64,000 bases of DNA from Malacoraja senta (taxonomy: Eukaryota), in the NCBI GenBank assembly GCA_038087875.1, contig JAXLNO010000326.1, positions 62,001 through 126,000 of the forward strand. Direction: 5' to 3'. The position numbers were made by a program, and so were the translations under genes. The notes beneath the pieces are model-generated. The model worked only from the letters and a program-made list of their open reading frames with translations. It was not told the DNA's origin and made no database searches. Shown piece after piece: positions 1-12,248 of this stretch (positions within the stretch are counted from its first letter, which is position 1; each line of letters starts with the position of its first letter).

Positions 1-104
1 CATTTTGTAACTGAAACAAACTCCAACATTTACTTTACAAATGTATAGATCTGTGTCCTTGTGCAACATGAATCTCCACCAACACTTCCAATGACAAAAC
101 GCAG

Positions 105-263
105 CCTATTGCACTTTATCTGTTTATTTATGTGTGTATTCTATGGTATATGGACACTCTGATCTGTTCTGTACTTATGCTTACAATATTCTGTTGTGTT
201 GCAGCAAGCAAGAATTTCATTGTCCTATCTGGGACACATGACAATAAACTCTCTTGACTTGAC
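105..263 (+). mobile_element. 3' tail of Rex1/Babar-like LINE
   Basis: Ends AATTTCATTGTCC...GGGACACATGACAATAAACTCT(CTTGA)n. It matches the tail of the minus-strand copy at 19499-19660. Confidence 0.65.
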
Positions 264-267
264 TAGA

Positions 268-390
268 GGGCGAGAAAAATGTGCAACTCTCCTTACAGAA
301 AGGCCTTTGCTGCGGCAATTGAGAAAGTTTTATCAGCAAAAATATCTGAAACAGGAAATAACAAGCTGACGATTTCATTATGAAATAGTT
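268..390 (-). promoter_or_regulatory. Putative non-coding first exon/promoter of a neighbouring minus-strand NLR paralog that extends left of the window
   Basis: Clearly homologous to 57086-57194 plus 61512-61537. Conserved GTAAGG donor at 296-291. Confidence 0.45.
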
Positions 391-803
391 CCCTGAACAT
401 TGAGCCATTTAGTTAGTGTAAAACAAACTGGGACATTTACTTTGACTCCAGCAGACTGCTCAGCTCATTCAACACATCAAGTGTTGGTAGCAACGTTATA
501 CAAGTGTGTGTGATGGATGTGCAACATGAATCTACACCAACACATCCAATGACAAAACGCAGCAGCTGTTGCTCAACATGACTTTTCTGCTTCAAACTAT
601 CACTGGGACACATTTACTCACAACAATAAATTCAATGTGCTGCTGACAGACAACAACAAATCTAATTCAATGGGGGAATTTAACCCGTCTCTCCCCAAGA
701 TTAGAGCCGTCCACTGGGGAGAGGCGGACAAAACACTCACCGATGGATAGATGTCAATCTGCTGTCCTCGCTCCCCGGCCCGGAGTCTCCCCGCCAGCCC
801 CGA

Positions 804-1250
804 CTGCCAGTACTTAAGATGGTCGCATTTGGCTTCACTCCCATTGACTTCAATGGGAGGCTGCCAGTAGTTAAGATGGCCGCCTGTCACTTCACTCGCA
901 TTTACTTCAATGGGAGACTGCCAGTACTTAAGATAGCCGCCTATTGCTTCACTCCTATTGAATTCAATGGGATACTGCCAGTAGTTAAGATGTGCGTTCA
1001 AGAAGGAACTGCAGATGCTGGAAAATCGAAGGTAGACAAAAGTGCTGGAGAAACTCAGCAGTTGCGGCAGCATCTATGGAGCGAAGGAAATAGGCAACGT
1101 TTCGGGCTGAAACCCTTCTTCAGACTGAGTTGTGATGGATGTGCAGCATGAATCTCCACCAACACATTCAATGACAAAATGCAGATAAGATGTGCGTCTA
1201 TGGCTTCACTCCTATTGACTTCAATGGGAGACTGCCATTAGTTAAGATGG
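804..1250. repeat. 57-bp tandem repeat (CTGCCAGTAsTTAAGATGG...CCATTGACTTCAATGGGAG), interrupted by a Penelope-type tail
   Basis: Units start at 804, 861, 918 and 975 (partial), with a further unit at ~1186-1250. Confidence 0.85.
996..1127 (-). mobile_element. Short Penelope-like 3' end repeat
   Basis: Same motif (GAAGAAGGGT..CCCGAAACGTTGCC..GATGCTGCC..CTGAGTTTCTCCAGCA) as the tail that follows the GIY-YIG ORF at 54280-54375. Related copies at ~2915-3040, ~31240, ~32505-32600, ~39350-39440 and ~40430-40525. Confidence 0.6.
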
Positions 1251-1626
1251 CATCGCCCATTTTTGTAGTCCATCGGCGGCCATTCTTTAGTACAAGGCGT
1301 GCATTTTGTGGCGGTTGAGCTGTGGCGGCTCAGGCGGCCATTTTTGTAGTCCTGCCGTCTATGTGGCAGTCGGCCCCGGCGGCTGAGGTGGCCTTCAAAG
1401 GCGATCGATTCAAGATGCCTCCCTCGCCCCACCACTGCAGGTAGGGTCAGGACTCCACCCACCGTCGCCGGTGTCCATGGAGACCGGCTGCGGTGCCGCG
1501 CCCTCGGCGGAGGCTGGAAGATGCCGGGGAATCCGTCGCGGACCGTCAACTCTCGACCGGCCGAGGCTTCACCCCGATGCCATGCTGGGCTGGACGGGCA
1601 GCCAGCGCCCAGGGATCTTCAGGGGA

Positions 1627-2725
1627 ACAATATTATACAATAAGACAATATATTATACAATATAATACAATAATATATTATATTATATTATACGATATTA
1701 TACAACATTCAAAGGTTCATTTATTGTCACATACACCAATTGGTGTAGTGAAATTCAAGTTGCCATTGCAGCACATTAAAAAGAATACAAACATAACAAT
1801 AATAAAAAAATGTAAACATAAAAACATCCCCCCCACAATGGTTCCCACTGTGAGGGAAGGCACAAAGTCCAGTCCCCATCCCCTTGTCCACCCATAGTCG
1901 GGCCTATTGAGGCCTCCGCAGTCGCCGCTACGGGTGCCGATGTTACAGGCCCTTCTCGCCGGGTGATGGTGCTCCGGCGTCGGGAGAACCCTTGGGATGC
2001 CTGGAATGGCCGCATCCTTCCTGGAGACCGTGCCTTCCGAAGCCAACAGGCAGCGCTGGACGGAGCTCCACCACTGGTGATCTCGGCGAGAGATCCCAGG
2101 CTCCCGATGTTAAAGTCAGCGTCGTCGCCCGCGGCTGGCCGCTCCATAGTCCCGCAGCTCCACGATGTTCATCGGCGGACCCAGCAGTCCGGAGCTCCAG
2201 CGCGGCGTCCCGGGCAAGGCATCGCCCGCTCCGCGATAGCGCTCCAGCGCTGTGCCGAAGCCGTGGTTCTGGCCGGTCCCCTCTGGAAACGCCACTCCAG
2301 ACCCAATGGAAGGCCGCGAGGACGGGTCGATGTTGCTGCTCGAAGGAAAGCCGCCCCCGACCAGGTAGGGACTGAGAAATACAGTTTTCCCCCTTCCATC
2401 CCCCACATAAAAAAGACTAAACCTAAACACTTTAACTCACTAAAAATAAATAAAAAGAGGTGAAAATAAAAAGAGGCTGGGCAGTCATACCCATACAGGA
2501 TGGCGCCAATATTATACAATATTATACAATATTAAACAATATAATAATAATACAATATTATACAATATAAGACAATATAATACAAACATATACAATATAA
2601 GACAATATTATACAATATACAATATAATACAATAATATACAATATAATACATAATACAGTATAATACCATATTATACAATATAATACAATAATATACAAT
2701 ATAATACAATAATAAACAATATAAG
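1627..2725. repeat. AT-rich (TACAA/TATAA)n-like microsatellite split by a retroposon insertion
   Basis: Directly visible repeat at 1627-1706 and 2508-2725. Confidence 0.85.
1708..2507 (-). mobile_element. Non-autonomous retroposon A (GC-rich core, Rex-like 3' tail)
   Basis: Core is homologous to 51340-51990. Tail AATTTCACTACACCAATTGGTGTATGTGACAATAAA resembles the Rex-like LINE tails in this window. No credible ORF. Confidence 0.65.
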
Positions 2726-3140
2726 CCGTGTCATATTCCTGCTCCTAATATGTTCATTTATTGTTCCAAATAAATCTAATTTCCAGTTCTACCCAGACTA
2801 CGTGTTCTCCCATCTTATTTCCTGGAAAGGTACTTTGCCATTAGCGCTGTCTCCAGCGTATATTTGTTCCATTATTTTGGGGGTTTGATTTATTGATAAG
2901 ACAAGGGACTGAATCAGTCTGAAGAAGGGTCTTGAGCCGAAATGTCACCAATTTTAAAAAAAACCTTCTCTCCAGAGATGCTGCCTGTCCCTCTGAGTTA
3001 CTCCAGCATTTTGTGTCGACCTGCGATTTAACCAAACATCTTTCCTACACGCTTGACAGCGTGTGATGTCATCTGCTGAAAGTGTTGTCCTGCTCCTTTG
3101 AATTGTTGTCTAATACCGTTTTTTAATCTGTTTATTACAG

Positions 3141-3233
3141 AGCAGCAGGACGCGTGAACGGCAGTCACCACCATGGCTGATGGAGCGGACCAGGGAGGAG
3201 ATCCAGTGGCCTCGACAACAAGGACAGACGGTG
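3141..3233 (+). pseudogene. Putative first coding exon (MADGADQGGDPVASTTRTDG) of a plus-strand NLR remnant
   Basis: Acceptor TTTATTACAG at 3131-3140, Kozak CACCATGG (ATG 3173), and a phase-1 GT donor at 3234 (or 3231) that is compatible with the exon at 22874. Confidence 0.4.
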
Positions 3234-4974
3234 GTGTGTTGCAGCAATACGTCAGATATAAATGTCCCAACAATGTGACCGGATCAGATTGCCTGACCTG
3301 CAGCACACACGGGGAGAGGGAATAGGGGATCAACGGAAGGGCGAGAATCCTGAGCCGGAGGGAGTACAGGAATGATAGGGCAGGTCTCTTTGCATTAGGG
3401 TCATTTGATGGGTATAAAGACTGCCTGGGAGCAGTTACTAGAGGGGAACAAACATGTGATGATTAGAGGTTTTTAATAGTGAGAGAACTGTTCAAACTCA
3501 GCGTGACAGTTAGCAGAAGAAGCAAAGAGGTTACGTTTTGGGAGCCTTGGTTAACAAAGGATGTTGAAGGTCTGATGAGAGAAAATAAGTGAACATTTGT
3601 CTGGGATGGGAAGCTACTCCCAGTGAGTCATTAGAGGTATAATGGGGAAATGAGAGAGAACCAAGGAATTAGGATGGTCAAAAGAGGCCTGAACCTGAAA
3701 AGGTTGATTGTAGTTGGGGAGAGAACGTGGAAAAAGTGGTGGAAGCCTGGCATGGGAAAGTTGAATATGGATGAGGTGGTGAGGGGGGAGGGTGGTGTTG
3801 ATTGGCAGATGGTTAGAGATGAAACCAGGAGTAAAATGAGACTCAAGAGAAAACGAGTCAAAGGTCTTTTTAAGCGACAAGATGTTTGAATGACGTGAAA
3901 TGTAAAGCTAGTGGAGAGATTTGGGTGGAAGGTGTAGCGGCAGATTATTATATCGTTCAAGAGATTGCTCCATTGTCTCTCTAGCCACTCTGGAGAGCAC
4001 TTGGCTTTAGGAGTATGTCATTTCGATACGCATGTAAGCTTCCACGTCCTTCAAGCTCAAAGCTTCTCCAAAGATAAATCTTCATAACACACATTTATAA
4101 ATAGTTTTTTTATTGTTGAAGAAAAACAGTAAGATACTAGACTAAGTGGGTCCCAGCATCACACGGGAGGGCTGGTCACCCAACGCAATATTCCACCTCT
4201 ACACCAATTCCAATATTGCTCGCCAGTGGGGGGAGGGGCTTTCTGTTGCGGTAGTATGGGTGTTGTGGGCCGAAGGTACTGGCTTCCAGAGGGCTAGTAT
4301 AGACATTGTGGGCCGAATGGATTCTAGGGCTGGCAGCTCAGTCACTGAGGCCTGGCAGTACAGTCACTCAGACCTGCCAGCTGAGAAACTGACAGAAATT
4401 CTGCCCAAAACAGGTGACAGACTGTGTGAGAGAGAAGGGGGAGAGGGTGGACTCAATGGATTATTGGGCTGGCAGTTCACTTACTCACGGCTCGTGGGCT
4501 GGCAGTTCACTTACTCACGGCTTGTGGGCTGGCAGTGCAGTCACTCACGCCTGGCCTGGCAGTTCACTCAGTCACCCCTCCTCCCTTCACCCCCCCCCCC
4601 CTCTGCTCCTTGCCATTCCCCTCCCCTCACGCATTCAGTGCATCTCCCCACAACCTCCCCCTATGCACTTAGTGGCTCTCCCACAGAGCAGCCATTCCTG
4701 CCTATTAGGATCCCATTGTGATGAAGAACACACAGGCATCCAAAGGTTAAAATGGATTTATTAAAGTTTAAAATGTGAATGACTCTTAAAATATGAGAAC
4801 AATTTAAATGTTAAAGATGAGAATTATTAAGTTCTTGTTGTCTCCTGTGTTCTGCTGCTCACTGCCTCTTGATGACTATTTCCTGTTGATAAAAAGAGAC
4901 AATTTTAATATAGAGAAATTCAGCGGTCAAATTTTAAGAAAGAAAATCTGAGAATTTATCTCAGAAGTCATCAC

Positions 4975-7900
4975 TCAACGAAGCACGCTTTTAATGACAA
5001 CATTCTTGGTCGATGTTCCATCCTTCAGGAAAACGTTGACATTTCCCTTCATCTTTCCTCGGCTAAGAGCCACATATAGTTGTCCATGCTGAAATACCTG
5101 TTTGTCGAGGTAGATCAACACTTTCTGCATTGTTGTCCTTGTGCTTTATGGATCGTCATAGCAAAACTTGATTGAATGGTGAATTGGGTCCGCTGAAGGG
5201 GAATGTCTTCACCTTCTGTCAAAATGAGTGCTATCCTAGGAATGAGAACAGTCATCTTTGAAGGCTCCCATGTTGATTCTTGACGATCAGATTATTGTGT
5301 AGCTCTTCCACAATCATCCTCGTTCCATTGCATAGCTTTGGCGGCTCCAAGTTTCCCATTAATATGATTGGAGATCCTTTTTTCAACTCCAATTTGTGTG
5401 GTGGTAATCCAGAGAGCTCGAGTGAATCAAGGAATTCTGTTGGGAAGTGAGTATCATGAGTTCCCTCAGTGACAGCATTGAAAGAAAAGTACTCCTTAAC
5501 GATTCCAGGGAAGCGTTTGATGCATGTAGAATTGATGCTTCTCATGGTATCGTTGTGAGGAACCAAGATACAATTGTTGGAGAATATTTCTGCAGGATTG
5601 TCAAATGTGGGATAGATGAAATCAATACAATCCTCCAGTGTTTCTGCTGATAGAAGCATGTCTTGTGGGATTTCAATTTCATCGTCTTCATTCTTTAAAA
5701 CCTTGTCTTCTCCAACTTTCAACAAAAATTGAGAATAGTCACCTTCTCCCTCTGTCAATCGCATATTTGTGTGCAATTGAAACTTGGTGAAAAGTCTCCA
5801 CAAGTAGGATTTCTTGATGCAGGCATTTTCAATATCAGCATCATTTCCCCTTTTCACCACAGGAAGGAGTTGTCGAAAATCGCCACAACAAACGGTAAGA
5901 ATGCCGCCAAAAGGCTTTGTGTTGCTGCAGACATCTTGAAGAGTTCTGTCCACCGCTTCAAAGCTTTCTCGCCTAATCATTGGACATTCATCCCAAACAA
6001 TGACTTTCACTTGCTTCATGAAATGTGCCGTCTTAGAGTTCTTCTCGATACTGACCCTTTTATGTGATGGAGAAGCAGTCTCAAGTTGTAGAGGTCACCA
6101 CATTTTGGAGACACGGTATACACTCGTCCCAGAACGTTAGATTCAAAAATACGTGGATGATCTTGCACTCTCTTCCTTCTTTGCCATCTCTTTTTGTTCA
6201 ATGTGTAAAATCGGGGAACATCAGCGTAGTCGAGTGTTCTTGGAAATGGCTCTTGAGAAGACAATGCCATGAATTCAGTTAAAGTCATTCTCGGCATATG
6301 ACCTTTGGTCACGTGTTCAGCAGCATCGACTCTGAGAAAAACTATTTGTTGTCCTGGTAGATGTACCTGGAGTCGAAAGACAGCGGGGTGTCATTAATGC
6401 GTCGGAAATCCAAGGATTAATGCCACTGCTTCTGATGGACCAATGTATCTGCCAGTCATGTACTGTGAAATTTCGTCATCCCTGTTAACTCTAAAAGATG
6501 CTTGATCACTTCCCTTCATGGTGCACTTGATGACGTATTTGACTGACTTTATAGAGCAGCATATCTCAACGTTGATGTGACATTTGAACAATTTCAATAG
6601 TTCAGCATTAGAGGTCACCACCCAATCAGAAGTGATAGGTCGATGCTACCGTCCTGCTTGATATCCCTGAAATCCACCCATGTCTGGAGATCTTCTCCTG
6701 TATAGAGCATATGAATTATGTCCACACCTTGTGCTCGCGATAAATGGCTTTGGGAAATTCTTACTGCATGTTCCATTCTTCCAACATGGAGAGGCGTGCT
6801 TGCAGAACGGTCCATGAATCATGTGCTTGAGTACCAATTCATGCAGCTCAGGATCCACTTGCGGGTCTGGTATTTCAGCTTGCACAAATGTGTCAAAATA
6901 ATTTGGTCTTGGCTTAGTTGCTTCGTCAAGCCACAGCAGACAGTGCAAATGAGGCAGGCCTCTCTTCTGATATTCCACAGTGGAGACAAAAGCTATACAT
7001 TTGCCAAAGAGCCCATTTGGTCCAGTGATGTACTTGATGAATATCTTCCTTTTCAGATCAAATACTCTTGAAATCAAATCTGGTCTATCACACGGCTGTG
7101 ACTGTGAAAGAGGGACTGTCGGAACTAGCTCCAGTTCTGATTGCAAGTCATCGTAATGAAGAATGAAGCATTGCCATACTTCTGAATGTACATCATGGCG
7201 TCCTGGCATCGTTCCATCATGTATCTTGGTCCACTGACAAATGTCGAAGAGAGGATGATGCGCCTTCCGATGTTTTCCAAATCATCATTATCGTTTAATG
7301 CATCCATAACGCCTTTGAAAGTTGTTGATCTCAACGATGCTTGATTCATACGAAAATAATTCAATCTCTCTGCCTCAATCTTCGTTGCCATATCGACGAC
7401 ATATTGTTGAAAGAGTCGTCCTCCTCTCAAAATGTGATTGAATTCATTATCACGATTTATGATCCTATAGGCATGATATCGCATTGCTGATAGTTTCCTG
7501 CGGTTTCTCATTTGGAGTTGGTAATGCCATTTATCATCTCCATGTAGAAAGAAAAGGATGTATTGAAAACTATCATACGACCTGTGAGACACTGAAATGG
7601 TTTGCAGGCCTTCTCCTCTTTCTTTCAAGACAATGTGCCGTGATGTTGCCTGAGGGTCATTATCTTTTGGTATTATGACAGCAACTTCGTTGGCAGTTTC
7701 TGCGTTAAACCGCCTTTCATGTTCCAAAGCTGGCCGGTGATTTGGATCTATGATGATTGATGCCTCCGGTAAACCTCGAATTCTTTCCTTTGCCATTTTA
7801 AGTGTTTCAATGTAAGGGTTGTTTTGTCTTATCAAGCGTTCAAGCATTGCAACAATTTCCCTTTGAATACCAGCATTTTGCAGTATACCCATTCGCAATT

Positions 7901-10453
7901 CAATGCTATCTTGGGGGACCATAAAATAGATCTGCAAGAATCGACTTTGTTGGTCTGGGTCAGGCATCAACGAACCAATGTAATGATGAATCTGGCCGTG
8001 AATGATCACTGAAGGATTCCATCCGGGTGGCACCACTTCCTTGGCACCGAATGACGTCAGTTGAAATAAACAGTTGTATTGTCTAATATTTCTTCTGAAC
8101 TCCTTTGCTTGTGGAGTGTCAACAGCATACAATCTCATCCCTGTTAACTCTATAAGATGCTTGATCACTTCCCTTCATGGTGTACTTGATGACGTATTTG
8201 ACTGACTTTATAGAGCAGCATATCTCAACGTTGATGTGACATTTGAACAATTTCAATAGTTCAGCATTAGAGGTCACCACCCAATCAGAAGTGATAGGTC
8301 GATGCTACCGTCCTGCTTGATATCCCTGAAATCCACCCATGTCTGGAGATCTTCTCCTGTATAGAGCATATGAATTATGTCCACACCTTGTGCTCGCGAT
8401 AAATGGCTTTGGGAAATTCTTACTGCATGTTCCATTCTTCCAACATGGAGAGGCGTGCTTGCAGAACGGTCCATGAATCATGTGCTTGAGTACCAATTCA
8501 TGCAGCTCAGGATCCACTTGCGGGTCTGGTATTTCAGCTTGCACAAATGTGTCAAAATAATTTGGTCTTGGCTTAGTTGCTTCGTCAAGCCACAGCAGAC
8601 AGTGCAAATGAGGCAGGCCTCTCTTCTGATATTCCACAGTGGAGACAAAAGCTATACATTTGCCAAAGAGCCCATTTGGTCCAGTGATGTACTTGATGAA
8701 TATCTTCCTTTTCAGATCAAATACTCTTGAAATCAAATCTGGTCTATCACACGGCTGTGACTGTGAAAGAGGGACTGTCGGAACTAGCTCCAGTTCTGAT
8801 TGCAAGTCATCGTAATGAAGAATGAAGCATTGCCATACTTCTGAATGTACATCATGGCGTCCTGGCATCGTTCCATCATGTATCTTGGTCCACTGACAAA
8901 TGTCGAAGAGAGGATGATGCGCCTTCCGATGTTTTCCAAATCATCATTATCGTTTAATGCATCCATAACGCCTTTGAAAGTTGTTGATCTCAACGGTGCT
9001 TGATTCATACGAAAATAATTCAATCTCTCTGCCTCAATCTTCGTTGCCATATCGACGACATATTGTTGAAAGAGTCGTCCTCCTCTCAAAATGTGATTGA
9101 ATTCATTATCACGATTTATGATCCTATAGGCATGATATCGCATTGCTGATAGTTTCCTGCGGTTTCTCATTTGGAGTTGGTAATGCCATCCATCATCTCC
9201 ATGTAGAAAGAAAAGGATGTATTGAAAACTATCATACGACCTGTGAGACACTGAAATGGTTTGCAGGCCTTCTCCTCTTTCTTTCAAGACAATGTGCCGT
9301 GATGTTGCCTGAGGGTCATTATCTTTTGGTATTATGACAGCAACTTCGTTGGCAGTTTGTGCGTTAAACCGCCTTTCATGTTCCAAAGCTGGCCGGTGAT
9401 TTGGATCTATGATGATTGATGCCTCTGGTAAACCTCGAATTCTTTCCTTTGCCATTTTAAGTGTTTCAATGTAAGGGTTGTTTTGTCTTATCAAGCGTTC
9501 AAGCATTGCAACAATTTCCCTTTGAATACCAGCATTTTGCAGTATACCCATTCGCAATTCAATGCTATCTTGGGGGACCATAAAATAGATCTGCAAGAAT
9601 CGACTTTGTTGGTCTGGGTCAGGCATCAACGAACCAATGTAATGATGAATCTGGCCGTGAATGATCACTGAAGGATTCCATCCGGGTGGCACCACTTCCT
9701 TGGCACCGAATGACGTCAGTTGAAATAAACAGTTGTATTGTCTAATATTTCTTCTGAACTCCTTTGCTTGTGGAGTGTCAACAGCATACAATCTCATGAG
9801 TTCATCAGGCAGTGCCTGCACAGGGGCAATGTTCACTTGACCATTCATGCAGCAAAAGTTGGTGGTTTCTCCAGGGAAACGGTACGCTCGACAGTGAGGG
9901 CAAACCTTTGTCATTTGACCAACATCAGAAGAAAGATTTCTCCTTACCAGTTGTGCATTTTGTCTTGTTGTATCTCTGGCCTGCTGTTCAGCCAGTCTTT
10001 TAGTTTTTCATCTCCTGTCTCTTGAAGCCTTCTTCTTTGCGATCTTTCTCGTTCATCCTTGAGATGCACACTTTGTCTTTGTGGTGTGTCTTCATCCCTA
10101 CTGCATTGTGGTCTTTCTTGTTGATCATACATACATTGAGTTATTTTTGGTTGTATCTCTTCATCCCTTCTTTGTGTTCTTTCTTGTCGATTCTTGATAC
10201 GCTCACTTCTTCATGCCATCTCTTCATCACCCCTTGTGCTTTGCGTTCTTTCTCGTTGATCCTCAAAACGTTCAGTTCTTTTTGGTTGCGCCTCTTGATC
10301 CTTTCTTCTTTGTCTTCTTTCTCGGTCATCTGCGAGACATTGAGATGTTTCTTCTTTTGTCTCTTGTTCCCTTCTCAGTCTTGTTGCAGCTCGATGTTCC
10401 ACTGCCCGCTGCTTTGACCATCCTGCAGTTCTTTTTGTCCCTTTTCCTGACAT
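4975..10453 (-). pseudogene. Helitron Rep-helicase (RepHel): HUH Rep plus PIF1-family helicase; frameshifted, internally duplicated and deleted
   Basis: Charged N-terminus; CPHC..CC zinc motif; Rep motifs FITMTCN, VEYQKRGLPHLH and KYVIKY; helicase motifs IVWDE, GDFRQLLPV, LCNGTR, FAMTIHKAQGQ and FQHGQLYVALSR. Stop at 4977-4975. Confidence 0.93.
6476..9797. repeat. 1659-bp direct tandem duplication inside RepHel
   Basis: Paired ORFs are offset by 1659 bp (6646/8305, 6615/8274). TCAT microhomology at 6476, 8135 and 9794. Confidence 0.97.
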
Positions 10454-11004
10454 GATGTCGAAAAATCAGCCAAAAGACAATTTCAGTTGTTAATGAACAC
10501 TGAAGAATTTGTGCAAAATATTTTTTTGAGGCGGGGGCTGTCAGGGTGGGGTGGGGGGTGGTAAAGGTCGTGCAGCCAAGGGAGGGGCACTGCTTCAGGT
10601 GGGGGCTCTCGTGAGCTGATGAGAAGGGGGGGTCCTCCAGCAGGGGATGTGGGCGGCTTCAGTAGGGAGCAGGAGGGGGTGCATCCTATAGCCAGGCGGA
10701 GGGCAGCGTCTTGAGGTGGGGGATGTCAGTGGAGGGGGGGGGCGGTGAGCGACTTACTCATGACCTCTGGACTCACTCACTGCCTTGGGATTAACTCATG
10801 GCCTTTGGACTGACTGACTGACTCACGGCTTGTGGACTGACTGATGCCCGATTTCTGAAGTCACGTCCGACTTTTGTAAACTGAAAATTGTAACATCTAC
10901 ATTGAGGAACAGCTTCTTCCTGACAGCCATCAGGCTATTAAACATAACAAATAAGCTCTGAACTATGAAAGACTATATTATTTGTGCTATTTGTTATTTG
11001 TTGA

Positions 11005-12213
11005 TCACACACACCCTCCACCTCACACATACACTCACACACAGACTCACACACAAACACAGACTCACACACACGCAGACTCATTCGCACACACACACAG
11101 ACTCATACACACACACACAGACCCATATACACACACACAGACTCATATACACACACACAGACTCATATGTACACACACACTCACACACAGAGTCATACAC
11201 ACACACACACACACTCATATATACACACACACACACAGACTCATTCACACATACACACAGACTCATTCACGCACACACACAGACTCATATACACACACAC
11301 ACAGACTCATAGATACACACACACAGACTCATATATACAATTCAATTCAATTTTTTATTTGTCTTTTTGGACAAATTTGTCATTTGGACCCCTTGAGGTC
11401 CAAACGAAATGTCGTTTCTGCAGCCATACATTACAAAACGAAGAAGACCCGAGACACAACACAATTTACACATACATCCATCACAACGCTGTGATGGAAG
11501 GCAAAAAAAAACTTATCTCTCCACTGCACCACCCCCCCCCCCCCGATGTCAGAGTCAAAGTCAAAGCCCCCGGCGGGCGATGGTGATTATCCCGTGGCCA
11601 TTAAAGCCACGCCGGGTGATGCAAGGTCGCGCACCGGGTCTTGGTGTTAGAGCCCCGGCGCGCGCCCGCAAAGTTCGGCGGCCATTCCAAGCCGTGCGGG
11701 GGGATAAAGCCCCGCTCCAGGTGCTCTTCAACCCCGCAACTCGGGCGGGAGAAGTCGCCGCTGCGGAAGCCCCGAAAAGCGGTCTCCCACCAGGGGACAC
11801 GCGGGCTTCCGGTGTTGCCGTACGCCAGACCCGCGGTTGTAGCCTCCGAATCTCCGGCGGTCGGGTCGCAGCAGCGCTCCACCACAGCTCCACCCGCTCC
11901 GGACTCGGCCAGCCCCGTGACGGTGAGTAGTCCGCAGCTCCACAACTGGAGCCCCAGGTCGCTCCTGCTGGAGGCCGCTCCACGTTGCCCAGCCCCAACG
12001 ACAACGGAGACCGGACAAAGAAAAGGTCGGGTCTCCCGTGCAGGGGAAAGATTTCAAAGTTTCCCCACCCCCACCCCCCACACACATACCCCGACAAAAA
12101 AATAATAAAAACTACACAAAAACGAGACAAAAATAATAAAAAGACAGACGGACTGCAGAGGCCGCTGCTGACGAGAGTCGCGCCGCCCACCGAGACACTC
12201 ACACACACACACT

Positions 12214-12248
<35 letters not shown>

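Noticed and set aside
61..1185. Three dispersed copies of GTGCAACATGAATCTCCACCAACAC..AATGACAAAACGCAG (~61, ~520, ~1141)
   Set aside because: A real local duplication, but no termini, structure or function could be inferred.
1717..2519. Overlapping 100-170-aa ORFs in GC-rich elements (also 11409-12298 and 51322-52011)
   Set aside because: They are open in many frames because of high GC, have no recognisable domain, and frames are not conserved between copies.
6646..8868. Functional two-Rep Helitron enzyme
   Set aside because: Both copies share a frameshift, one has a catalytic Tyr-to-Cys change, and helicase motif I is missing.
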